Below, in pieces: positions 38,101-45,178 of a stretch of DNA of 64,000 nt. The translations under genes were made by a program, and so were the position numbers. The first letter of the stretch is position 1; each line of letters begins with the position of its first letter. The notes beneath the pieces are model-generated. The model made no database searches, was not told where the DNA came from, and saw only the letters and a program-made list of their open reading frames with translations. Source of the stretch: Eubacteriales bacterium (GTDB taxonomy: Bacteria > Bacillota > Clostridia > Christensenellales > UBA1242); assembly GCA_018384735.1 (NCBI GenBank), contig JAHAXB010000016.1, positions 131,510 to 195,509 on the forward strand, given 5' to 3'.

Positions 38101-40649
38101 CTAACTTCGCCCTTACCGACAATGGCGATGTTGTTAGCCAAGTTTTGCGGCAAAGTCAATGCATTAGCCTTTGTGTCAGCGTGGATACCCTGGGCTTTCT
38201 GACGATCGACAGCAAGGTTGAAAATCGTAGTGGATTTACTGTGCGCACCATATTTAACGCTTAAACGATATTGCCCTTCGTTTAACGTAAAGACAAACGA
38301 ACCGTCATTGGTCGGCTGCAAAGGTAACGGGTCGTAATCATAGTAACCGATTTCAGCGTAAAACAATTCAATAGTTGGTAAGACTTCAAACTTGCCCAAA
38401 GTTTTTTTACCGTTATATTTAATGGTAACATCCGTACCCTCCAAGTATAATTTTTGGTTCAATTCCAACTCAGCAGCCTGATAAGTCTTTGGTTCACTCT
38501 CGCCATTTAATTTAACTTCAAAAGTAATTTGTGCGCCATTAACAATTTCAAAATAGAACGTTTGTTGACTCATTTGATTATTAACAAGGAAATAAACGAC
38601 AACTACATATTGTCCAGCTTCTTCAAACGGAGCACCAACTTCCATTGTACTATACTGCCATTGGCGACTATTTCCCGTGCCATAAGCTGGCAAGAAAGCC
38701 ACGGTCGACAAAACTTTCTCTTCGCTATTTTCACCATAAGAGCCAGTAGCGTGCGGAACATTACCCGACAGTTTTACCGGTGGGAAATTCGTACGTACCG
38801 GTTCGCATTGTTCACTTTCCAAAAATTGCACCAACCACTCTGCATACGCCAAGGCATTATCCACCGTCATTTTTTCATAATCGGTTGCAATGCCACTGTT
38901 TTGTGCGGTTTTCTCGGGATGGTCTTTACGCAACCAGGCTGAAATATCACTACTATGGAAAATGGTTTTTCCCGCTTCGACCGTAACATCATTATCGTTA
39001 TTGTCGTAAAACGGTTTTGGTCCAACATATTGACTATCATCGTGACGGCCACCATAATATGCTTGGAAACCATAGATGTTCAAAGTACTTTCAGACTTTT
39101 TATAGCGCTTCAAAATCACGCAACCATTAGCATCAACACCACGATTTTTATATTGGTCCAGATGCTCAAAAATCCAACTGTTTCTGTAACGTAAAGTTGA
39201 AATTATTTGGTATTCGCCGATATTATAAAAACGCAACTCACGGGTTTTGTAAGTATAATTCTGGCTGTTTTTTTGATTATCAAAATATTCTGGTGCCGGT
39301 TCCGCAACTTCAATGTCAAATAACCAGTGCGGAAAACTCAGCACTGGATAGTCGCTTTCGTATGAATAGTTATAAACCTCGCTATAGCCTTTTACGCGGT
39401 TAGCAGTATCAAAACGAGGGAAACCGCTCAAGCCGTCACTGGAGGTGTAATTCAATTTATTGACGATCATGAACGCGATAGAGATATTCACCGGCACTGG
39501 AGCACGCCCCGCTTCCGACACACCCAAGCTTAATTCAATTTCGTACAAACCTTCGCCTTGGAAGATACCACGCAAAGCAGTACCGTTATAGGCCACGCCG
39601 CCGATTTCATAAGAAATTTGCTGGTTATCCGCTTCCGGATCAAATGTTAAACTTTCTAACAAAACACCTTTGAAATCCACATCCAAACGGTCACGAAGTT
39701 TTAACACTGTATCAGTGGCATCCTTAACCATGACCTTGTAACCATTACGATGAATCTTATAGGCCAATTGGTAGGTTACATTACCGTTGCCATCATCAAC
39801 GGCACGGTATAACTTTGTCTCTTCCGCATCAACATTATCCGCAATTACATATTCGTCATTCTTGATGGTATAGAATTTTTGCGCTTGACCATCGGTAATC
39901 ACTAAGGCATAACCGCCGGCGACTTTGTTGTTCGGTACATAGTTCAATTCCATCAAAACGGTTTTATGATCAGCCGTACTGTCGGTTGTATAAACAACTG
40001 CCCCCTTACCGCCGGAAGTTCTCTTTTCAAAACCACCGTAAACTTGGTCATTAGAAAATTCATCCGAAACTAAATGACGATTAACATCGTCAACAAATGG
40101 CTCGCCATCTAATTTCACATTGACGCTTAATAACTCATCCAAATCAGTCAATTCAAACAAAACCACATCATCGTAATGGCTGGAGTCCAACATGACGACT
40201 GGAATTTCCAAGTTATTGCCTAATCCATTAGCAATTAAACGCATATCGCTATTAGAGAACACTGGATAAGGCGCAATCACTTTTTCGTTTTTATCCAAAC
40301 GACGATTATTTTGCATTGTAGAAAATTCTTCGCGGTCGACACGGTTTTTCGGGTTCGCACGCAAGAAGCTAGTCAATGTTCCCGTATTGTAACTTTCCTG
40401 TACCAGGGTAAACTTAGTTTTGGAACCGATACTAACGGTACCGGTATCCACATCGTCAAACGCAATGCGTTGATACAAATCATCAAAAGTTGGAATATAA
40501 CTGGGGTCAAGACTGACCGGATCGGAAATCGCGTTAGGATTGGCGTTACGATGATTGAAATTCAAAAAGAGGCTAGCACCAAACATGGCTAACATAATTG
40601 TTACGCTTAAGATCGTTAGCGCAATAATTCGACCACGGCCAAACCTCAT
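32166..40649 (-). CDS. Giant surface protein with N-terminal signal/anchor and C-terminal TM anchor (about 2,827 aa)
   Basis: Uninterrupted ORF. Best start is ATG 40647-40649 (MRFGRGRIIALTILSVTIMLAMFGASLFLNF) with GGGGG 7 nt upstream. The C-terminus FGYVVLIVVLALVGIGVLLFIRLRHRMTTK is a TM plus basic tail. No LPXTG motif and no recognisable catalytic motif. Confidence 0.9.
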   Translation of the reverse strand: MRFGRGRIIALTILSVTIMLAMFGASLFLNFNHRNANPNAISDPVSLDPSYIPTFDDLYQRIAFDDVDTGTVSIGSKTKFTLVQESYNTGTLTSFLRANPKNRVDREEFSTMQNNRRLDKNEKVIAPYPVFSNSDMRLIANGLGNNLEIPVVMLDSSHYDDVVLFELTDLDELLSVNVKLDGEPFVDDVNRHLVSDEFSNDQVYGGFEKRTSGGKGAVVYTTDSTADHKTVLMELNYVPNNKVAGGYALVITDGQAQKFYTIKNDEYVIADNVDAEETKLYRAVDDGNGNVTYQLAYKIHRNGYKVMVKDATDTVLKLRDRLDVDFKGVLLESLTFDPEADNQQISYEIGGVAYNGTALRGIFQGEGLYEIELSLGVSEAGRAPVPVNISIAFMIVNKLNYTSSDGLSGFPRFDTANRVKGYSEVYNYSYESDYPVLSFPHWLFDIEVAEPAPEYFDNQKNSQNYTYKTRELRFYNIGEYQIISTLRYRNSWIFEHLDQYKNRGVDANGCVILKRYKKSESTLNIYGFQAYYGGRHDDSQYVGPKPFYDNNDNDVTVEAGKTIFHSSDISAWLRKDHPEKTAQNSGIATDYEKMTVDNALAYAEWLVQFLESEQCEPVRTNFPPVKLSGNVPHATGSYGENSEEKVLSTVAFLPAYGTGNSRQWQYSTMEVGAPFEEAGQYVVVVYFLVNNQMSQQTFYFEIVNGAQITFEVKLNGESEPKTYQAAELELNQKLYLEGTDVTIKYNGKKTLGKFEVLPTIELFYAEIGYYDYDPLPLQPTNDGSFVFTLNEGQYRLSVKYGAHSKSTTIFNLAVDRQKAQGIHADTKANALTLPQNLANNIAIVGKGEVSLVWNKKSSGVGFDKVMYEFYSMDLEKPGTDPNYVAAGDHTSTKTSLNFEWFNNALSNGVLKDLYSAYAFTDEPIYSHDGYKVVPTADGKRWTISEDGVNPLKLTQAGLYRFVIVDAVGNETPYILVIDGSAPTFTQDTEKPKIASNMVTFGNDGVRVGFGKNKMINRKDGAVFDKVMFAAENGLKREYAEFGTAFDGLKTAGYLINKGNYSSQYLLDIPLANVEISVGGEAYHKITAADDAFDHVNDPLTKGYLTLNEEETYYFRATDILGNVGEYYIILTRDVCLGSVYAESMHLDIVASGDNKGRGMIEKQPSTDTSIVTMTGGVTNRPYVTFSFNQSTSAVYRVNKVYLQYYPLTFDPTSSNYPFAEKPLNNPKNGDKAIFAYQVGDLGAGGETKGTIYSYTSSDDGKTIRLALFNQGQTPAGMYILTRVYTQLGANSTDKKGRDYYFIVDGQGMLTYQKNDTAYFRQDEGTNGLIYQAYQQQNPDKICYETPLTVHFADSRTDRSPKAKDADAKVIDDNEKVLSSNRIAWVKGYNSKYAYSYTDQATGKKYTRDSTEYVLKIDNDEGLSGNFNYLAYLANNETPKTNFNFPALTPRFSYTNAGIKTDLGSGKNVWGLGGTFTGDSIYQLLVTDDARNIACMLIDGNITELGIKPGATTSANWDILTMNIDTDCGTPAKIAVTHTRTYQDQTGNEKTEILSEDKENIDMELASKGNYVCVIDPTNLTKLQFNFKSDPNSMYIDVDVAQTTASWIWTSDGVTEQIFLTQPESEDGVYKYDLLRNFLNNVRIDNGSSLSVRVIAYDGKSTNYTILFDTEKPNYNRSQIKAGDNLACTLKESKIPDDYIYGLSNDFVFAADINHNRYLDTKKIIYREVDYSAEGSTVGQEFTLYVDGTDSERIPFATLVGLRDNEMRYYWITEIDYVGHETNYVIQMQGKNYKNKIEFIGETGNKENSAQKDSITVGVDMHPSVSSVKQFFARNNSFRFQSDDGDYYMVLGGMSYWKIAGEEGEDVKNEANLIDALNHWIQLATDNGKKCSYTLYDRIGTPEKFEFYNLRESTEQIQLECKQLSVTSSIITLEVVNHGSLLKNAPIMFEDELSSLYKIEVKDVTTGEIVPNITFALDRNKADSVIPANEKHELIITVVDPFGRTSITEYHQQAQSTINFKTYGKFVKDENGILYIGDERGVDFSYLRTVYSVLIYDASTNEKRWDLQPFVTGDRESYSFKPVAGSNTLQLYRIEAYGRASGAKLFDQTFAFDTRLPEVNWQNASGQNIEVANRSFTSVVVLNVAELDNTETGDGLLNPFPVMISYRRTVNGKVESVTFKRGTTTARFSKVGSYEVTLRNTVWTTKTYKFEIVQVDNTLVSVYDDGELLQAVEGSPYRYDNNNITHYIFTIEKNQEGQYDALSEYTLENKLHGLDVQLGQTGRVLAGYYLNGNKKTDYYAYDVDNNTLIWRLAFDIGTDRYGAPIYSNPIYFATTGVRVEDLNTANENSDLPIISLQLNDNPKEPADTAEGYKVKPATTTYDIVYNNFFTTKDEGRKLTVSMLYADTLTDDFGAPCYIEKGNLIVVDCYYNGKLVKTLNYNEVFTIEQGNSGYYEFVVHDMVGNTLYFGEGTNEKTIDYRQDHYTLAVMTKPVVTINGEQPFNNMIYNDRVDLKLDDYGKESFLKKYYASLVEKKVADVSTSEEDFFEQYFCVRKIDVSYNGDPLTSIEPNSKQSVFSWTQSGVYNLTVKYYIYGAGELSSELEGRYTFEIIPSKAVREEFHISYNSDVAVSKLTLNGYDVPDYSTYEKKDDKGNRYLSFEANTNPGNYVVTLQTKNPITHEYVLHDVAFNIQHKDNSAGTYFFSSSASGSSTTSAITVYYNPYWLYKTQGDMTITLEKDCEEKETIILSAASLKDDNVGTAELFNFSEAGSYCVIARNAEGVVVYSDSWTIAPKQSTFGYVVLIVVLALVGIGVLLFIRLRHRMTTK

Positions 40650-40680
40650 TCGTATTCCCCCAACATAGATAGTATGTTTA

Positions 40681-40709
40681 ATTATAGGTTTTATATTTGA
40701 GATAGTCAA
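40681..40709 (-). promoter_or_regulatory. Consensus-like sigma-70 promoter of the 8.5-kb gene (TTGACT-17-TATAAT)
   Basis: The complement of 40704-40709 is TTGACT and the complement of 40681-40686 is TATAAT, with a 17-nt spacer. A 31-nt leader carries the G5 Shine-Dalgarno. The TTG start used by the ORF track is this -35 box. Confidence 0.65.
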
Positions 40710-40724
40710 TCAAAACGAATCGGC

Positions 40725-42722
40725 TTACCATTCAAACAAATCGCGGCGTTGTGCTGTATTAACACGACGAATTACGATGTCATTACGACGATGAATATCA
40801 TAATAAATTGCGGCTTCGTCGAAGTATTTGCCCGGAATATAAATGTCCGGTGTCGGGCGTAAGCGAATTACACCTTTGTTAATACATTCGTAGAACAACG
40901 TGACTTTACTGCGTAACGGGTGGAATGTGAAGCAATAAACAAAGATGTTACCCGGCACAATATCCAACAATTCGTTTGGTGGCAACAAAGGACGACTGGC
41001 GGTATTGATTGCGGTTGACTTGCTACCGCCTTCGGAGTCTTCCTTGGCTGCCTTACCCGTGTTACGGCTAACCGTAGTACTTTCGGTGGTAACTTCCATA
41101 TCCCCCATTAAATCCGAGAACATCTTACGTGTATCAGTATCGTTAACACCGACGAAGACTTGGTGGTTACAGTTGTTACGCACGGTTACCGCGGTTTCTG
41201 CACCGTAAGTTGTTTCCAGTTGCTTGTAATCCTGCAAAACTAAAGTGAAGAAAATACGACGCGAACGCGAAACCGTAATCACAGTTGCAAAGTCGTTAAT
41301 TTTGGGCATGTTACCAAACTCATCCAAAACGAAATAAGTTGGCCACGGTAACTTACCGCCCCTTTCGTTCGCACTGGCAACCAAAGATTTATATAATTGT
41401 GAAATACACAAAGTTGCCAACGGGTGACGCACTTTAATTTGGTCCGGAATAATCAAGAAGAACGCGGTCGGTTTCTTTGCAAAGTCTTCAAACTTAATAT
41501 CCGTACCACTAGTAATGTAGCAAATACCCTTATCGTTAAACATGGACAATTTTTGGGTTGCAATACCAAAGAAGTTACGCATCGTGTTTTCCGCGTTGGC
41601 GGTAACCGTTTGCGCCAATGAAGCTGCGACAGACAGTTTGTCACGACCTTCAAAGTAGTTCTTAATGGTTTTGAACATAGCTTGCGGGTCGTTATCACGA
41701 ATCGACAAGATTTTGAAAATGTTATAGAAGTTGAATTTTTCGCGAGTCATTCCCAGGTTCGGGTTCAAACTGTCTTCCAACATCGCCATCGCTGTACCTT
41801 GAATTAAGTCGCGGGCGCCCTGCTCCCAGCTCGGGTCCTTTTCGTTTTCAATCGGACAAATCGCCGAACAAATATCTTTAATGTCGGCTTCGGAATCCGA
41901 AATCAGTTGTTGACGTAAAGTACGCATTTCGTTTTCCGCCATTTCCTTGCTCGGGAAAGCAATTCCGTTAAACGAATACCAAACCGGCGGATAAGTGCTG
42001 GCAATTACACGGTAGCCCAATTTCGCCGGATTAGCATTTTCGTGGCGTTCAATTTCGCGTTCCAAATGCTGTGCGCGTTGGAACATATCCCACGGCTTTT
42101 CGAACGGGTTCCAACGGGAACTGCGAATCGGGTCATTCAAGTTGAAGACTTGCACATCGTAACCTTGATGGCGTAAACTTTCCGCCATCGTATGGTAAAT
42201 TTCACCTTTTGGGTCGGTAATGACTAAGTTCGGTTTTTGGTTTGAAAAACCCAAAGTATAAATAAACGGGAAAACATAACCTTGCGTTTTGGCGGCACCC
42301 GTGGTACCCAAAATAATCGAGTGATAATCTTTCGGAATCATATTGATGTGAATATCACTGCCCATCAATTCAAAGCGCGCCAACGGTCCGGTTTTATTCA
42401 AAGAACTTAATTGTGAAGCGCAGGTGTAAATGTAAGTCTTATCACGTTCGGCCGCTGTCATCCAACGGTTAGAATAATATTGAGAAACACCACTACTCTT
42501 TTTCTTTTTACCGTCGTTATCTAAATATTTGAACAAGACAAACGCCAAAATACATAACGGTATCAACAACATTCCCATTTTAAAGATTTGGTCGTTAAAT
42601 GCCTGTGGACTGGTTAGTTCGCGATTAGCTAATAAATTCGCGACAACATACAATGCCGCCGCCAACACCAACAAGCCTCCCAAAATAATGAAAAGCCATT
42701 TCCCCAATTTCTTTGTATCCAT
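40725..42722 (-). CDS. VirD4/TraG-family type IV coupling protein-like ATPase (665 aa)
   Basis: Two N-terminal TM segments. P-loop ILGTTGAAKTQGYVFP, VITDPKGE, Walker B YFVLDEFGNMP and TLVLQDYKQL. The layout is typical of T4SS-DNA_transf (TraG/TraD/VirD4) proteins. Confidence 0.8.
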   Translation of the reverse strand: MDTKKLGKWLFIILGGLLVLAAALYVVANLLANRELTSPQAFNDQIFKMGMLLIPLCILAFVLFKYLDNDGKKKKSSGVSQYYSNRWMTAAERDKTYIYTCASQLSSLNKTGPLARFELMGSDIHINMIPKDYHSIILGTTGAAKTQGYVFPFIYTLGFSNQKPNLVITDPKGEIYHTMAESLRHQGYDVQVFNLNDPIRSSRWNPFEKPWDMFQRAQHLEREIERHENANPAKLGYRVIASTYPPVWYSFNGIAFPSKEMAENEMRTLRQQLISDSEADIKDICSAICPIENEKDPSWEQGARDLIQGTAMAMLEDSLNPNLGMTREKFNFYNIFKILSIRDNDPQAMFKTIKNYFEGRDKLSVAASLAQTVTANAENTMRNFFGIATQKLSMFNDKGICYITSGTDIKFEDFAKKPTAFFLIIPDQIKVRHPLATLCISQLYKSLVASANERGGKLPWPTYFVLDEFGNMPKINDFATVITVSRSRRIFFTLVLQDYKQLETTYGAETAVTVRNNCNHQVFVGVNDTDTRKMFSDLMGDMEVTTESTTVSRNTGKAAKEDSEGGSKSTAINTASRPLLPPNELLDIVPGNIFVYCFTFHPLRSKVTLFYECINKGVIRLRPTPDIYIPGKYFDEAAIYYDIHRRNDIVIRRVNTAQRRDLFEW

Positions 42723-42729
42723 TACTTAT

Positions 42730-42759
42730 ATAATAGTGGAAATTACCTTAATTAGGCAA
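42730..42759 (-). promoter_or_regulatory. Candidate promoter of the coupling-protein gene (TTGCCT-18-TATTAT, -10 is 7 nt from the ATG)
   Basis: The complement of 42754-42759 is TTGCCT and the complement of 42730-42735 is TATTAT. It overlaps the 3' end of the upstream gene. No Shine-Dalgarno. Confidence 0.45.
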
Positions 42760-43551
42760 CTTGATTTTTGTTACGCCGTCCAGCAATGCCAACAACAAAG
42801 TCACTTTCAAAGAACGACGTTCGTCCGCACCCTTTTCTGCCCCGTAAAAATGCCATGCACTTGTATCCGTTAAAGTATCACTGAAAAACACGAACTCACC
42901 AAAACGCATTTGCAAACGCTTGGCTGCGGCTGCAAAGCCCGCACATTCCATTTCTACGACCTTGGCGCCCTGCTCACGGCGTTTAGCTGTCCGCGCTTTG
43001 GTTTCACGAAACAAGCCGTCCGTTGTCCAAGTTATGCCACGCACAACTTTCATTCCGCCGCTTTGTAAAAACTCCATCAACCACTTGGTTAATTCAGTAT
43101 CAGTATCCACATAAACCGAGGGCGCTAGATAATGATAACTGGCGCCTTCATCACGAATAGCCTTCTCAATCACAACGCACGCGTCCGCAGGAATTGCATC
43201 ATCCAACTGCCCCGCCGTCCCGTAAGCAATCACATTTTCAATTCCTAAGTACTTCAACTCTTCCATCACGGCGACTGCGGCTGGGCTGCCTACCGTCATG
43301 AAAACAATCAAGCATTGATCCTGATATTGGTACACGGGCATTTTTCCCGAACGACCATAAACATAAAACAACAACCGACAATCTTGTAAAATCGGCGCCA
43401 AAACAACTTGGTCGATTTGGTCACACAAAAAAGTACAAACCGCAGTCTTAATCGCGGGCGACAATTTAACTTGTTGCGCACCATGCATGGCTGCAGGAGT
43501 AATAATTGGCTCGTCAGCAAAGAACTCTAAAATAGGTGGTAATTCCGTCAT
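42748..43551 (-). CDS. Nucleoside phosphorylase-family (PNP_UDP_1-like) protein
   Basis: 267 aa. VVEMECAGFAAAAK resembles the (V/M)EMExA motif of PNP/MTAN-type phosphorylases. TAATG overlap with the upstream gene. Confidence 0.55.
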   Translation of the reverse strand: MTELPPILEFFADEPIITPAAMHGAQQVKLSPAIKTAVCTFLCDQIDQVVLAPILQDCRLLFYVYGRSGKMPVYQYQDQCLIVFMTVGSPAAVAVMEELKYLGIENVIAYGTAGQLDDAIPADACVVIEKAIRDEGASYHYLAPSVYVDTDTELTKWLMEFLQSGGMKVVRGITWTTDGLFRETKARTAKRREQGAKVVEMECAGFAAAAKRLQMRFGEFVFFSDTLTDTSAWHFYGAEKGADERRSLKVTLLLALLDGVTKIKLPN

Positions 43552-45050
43552 TATAAAATTTCCACATTCTTTTTGTAAATCTTGGTAAATTCTTTACTTA
43601 ATTTTTGTAATTGGAAAATTTCGGTTTTCGCAGCGTCAACATCCACCTTAGCTTTCTTCATGTCGGTTTCGGTAATCAATTTGATAATTACACTGTCACC
43701 CAAAACATCACAAGAAATATCTTTTACAATTTTTTGGTTGCGTAAGTTAATTGTGTAAGCCATCGCTTCAATCATAGCCAACTTACGCACCGCCATCAAA
43801 TCTTCTTCATCCATCAAATCCTTGTACTTAACCCATTCCGACAACATAAAGTCATCCCAGTTACGGCAACTGGCAACAAAGGCCGCCATCACAATTTCCT
43901 TATGGCTCAATCCGCAAATATTGGAATTCAAAATTGCATAGTAGGTAATCTTATCAAAGTTTTGCTTGTTAATGTTGGTTCCTAAGTTAAACAACAAGGT
44001 GGCGACTTTCAAAACGCGGGTAAACGAGCGTGGCAACTTGTGCAAAACTTTTAATTGCATATATAAGGTGCTAGCCAATAAGTATTGATACTTCGCGCTT
44101 TCCAAATCCAAATTGTTCGCCCACAAAATGGTTTCCACACTGTTCAAGCAAACATCGTTGACTGGACGTTCATCGTCACCCATGGTCAAGCGTTGCGCAA
44201 TACCAATGTTACGACCATTGCGGTTAATCACGATTTTTGACAATTTGGTGTAATCCATCACCGACAAAGCGATCGACATACCGTTCATCAAGTAACCAAT
44301 TCCATTTGCGGTAATACCTTTCAACTTGGCACCGCGTTCCACATCCAAACCTTGCAAGAAAGTCAAGATTTCTTGGAAGTGGGTTTTATCACTGTTATAG
44401 TTGTGGTCCATATCGAACGGATACTTGGTTTTCTTACGTGACAAGCGCGCAAAGCCAGTAAAGATTTCGCTGGAACCAATGACCGGAATTTCGGGGTCAA
44501 TTTGTTGGAACGGTTCCCCCGCCGCTTTCAATAATTCATTGAACTCTTCAATGTTGGTAAAGTTCGCGGCACCCATCGGGATGGTCGCACTGTTCAGAAC
44601 CACACGACGGCAATAATACACCAAACGCGTGCTGGTGGTTGAAATTGCCACAATCAATCCTTTCGCAATGTCAATGGTATTAACTACCGCAGTATATAAG
44701 AGGTTGATTTCCTCTTCTTCGGTCAACAACTTAAATTCCAAATCCAAATCCGAATTGATTTCTTCCAAGAACGAAATGTAGTTCTTCGCTACGGTCAAAT
44801 TCGCCGAAGCCACACAATGATATTTAGTTACACCGTTCGCCACCGCGATTTGTTTATACATTTGTAAAATGTTAATGCATTCTTTAATCTTCACCGTTTT
44901 AATCAGTTCGCTGTTTTCTTGCAAATGCTTTTCAATACTAACATTTTCGGTGTATTCTTTTTCAACTTCAAAATACTTACCTTCCTCAATACGCACAATC
45001 GACAACTTGATTTGATTGGTACCTAATTCCATGATTGCAACTTTCATCAT
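43551..45050 (-). CDS. Ppx/GppA-family phosphatase
   Basis: 499 aa. N-terminal ASKHA-fold signature IMELGTNQIKLSIV (compare DLGSNSxRL) and a C-terminal helical domain. Confidence 0.7.
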   Translation of the reverse strand: MMKVAIMELGTNQIKLSIVRIEEGKYFEVEKEYTENVSIEKHLQENSELIKTVKIKECINILQMYKQIAVANGVTKYHCVASANLTVAKNYISFLEEINSDLDLEFKLLTEEEEINLLYTAVVNTIDIAKGLIVAISTTSTRLVYYCRRVVLNSATIPMGAANFTNIEEFNELLKAAGEPFQQIDPEIPVIGSSEIFTGFARLSRKKTKYPFDMDHNYNSDKTHFQEILTFLQGLDVERGAKLKGITANGIGYLMNGMSIALSVMDYTKLSKIVINRNGRNIGIAQRLTMGDDERPVNDVCLNSVETILWANNLDLESAKYQYLLASTLYMQLKVLHKLPRSFTRVLKVATLLFNLGTNINKQNFDKITYYAILNSNICGLSHKEIVMAAFVASCRNWDDFMLSEWVKYKDLMDEEDLMAVRKLAMIEAMAYTINLRNQKIVKDISCDVLGDSVIIKLITETDMKKAKVDVDAAKTEIFQLQKLSKEFTKIYKKNVEIL

Positions 45051-45178
45051 GGTTTGATATTAACATATATTTTTAATTTTGTATAGACCTTAGTTAAAAG
45101 TTTTTTTCTTGCTAAAAGTGGCTGTTTTAGTGTAAACTACACTCTATATTGTATATGGAAAAGATGGAGAAAAGAATC

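Noticed and set aside
32265-40592. Plus- and minus-strand alternative-frame ORFs inside the 8.5-kb gene (for example 34383-34787 and 38529-38942).
   Set aside because: Same reasoning: they are nested in a continuous, well-supported ORF and have no start signals or recognisable motifs.
40650-40709. Upstream TTG starts used by the ORF track for the giant genes and lipoprotein A (40709, 27665, 4262).
   Set aside because: The TTG at 40707-40709 is the -35 box TTGACT itself. The TTG at 27665 lies in the leader, upstream of the G6 Shine-Dalgarno that serves TTG 27635. The TTG at 4262 lies inside the recD2 start region. Downstream starts give canonical signal-anchor N-termini.
32166-43551. Interpretation of the T4CP region as an integrative conjugative element or plasmid insertion.
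   Set aside because: No relaxase, VirB4-type ATPase, channel components, integrase, recombinase, transposase, flanking direct repeats or tRNA attachment site are visible. The flanking genes are ordinary housekeeping genes in tight operon arrangement.
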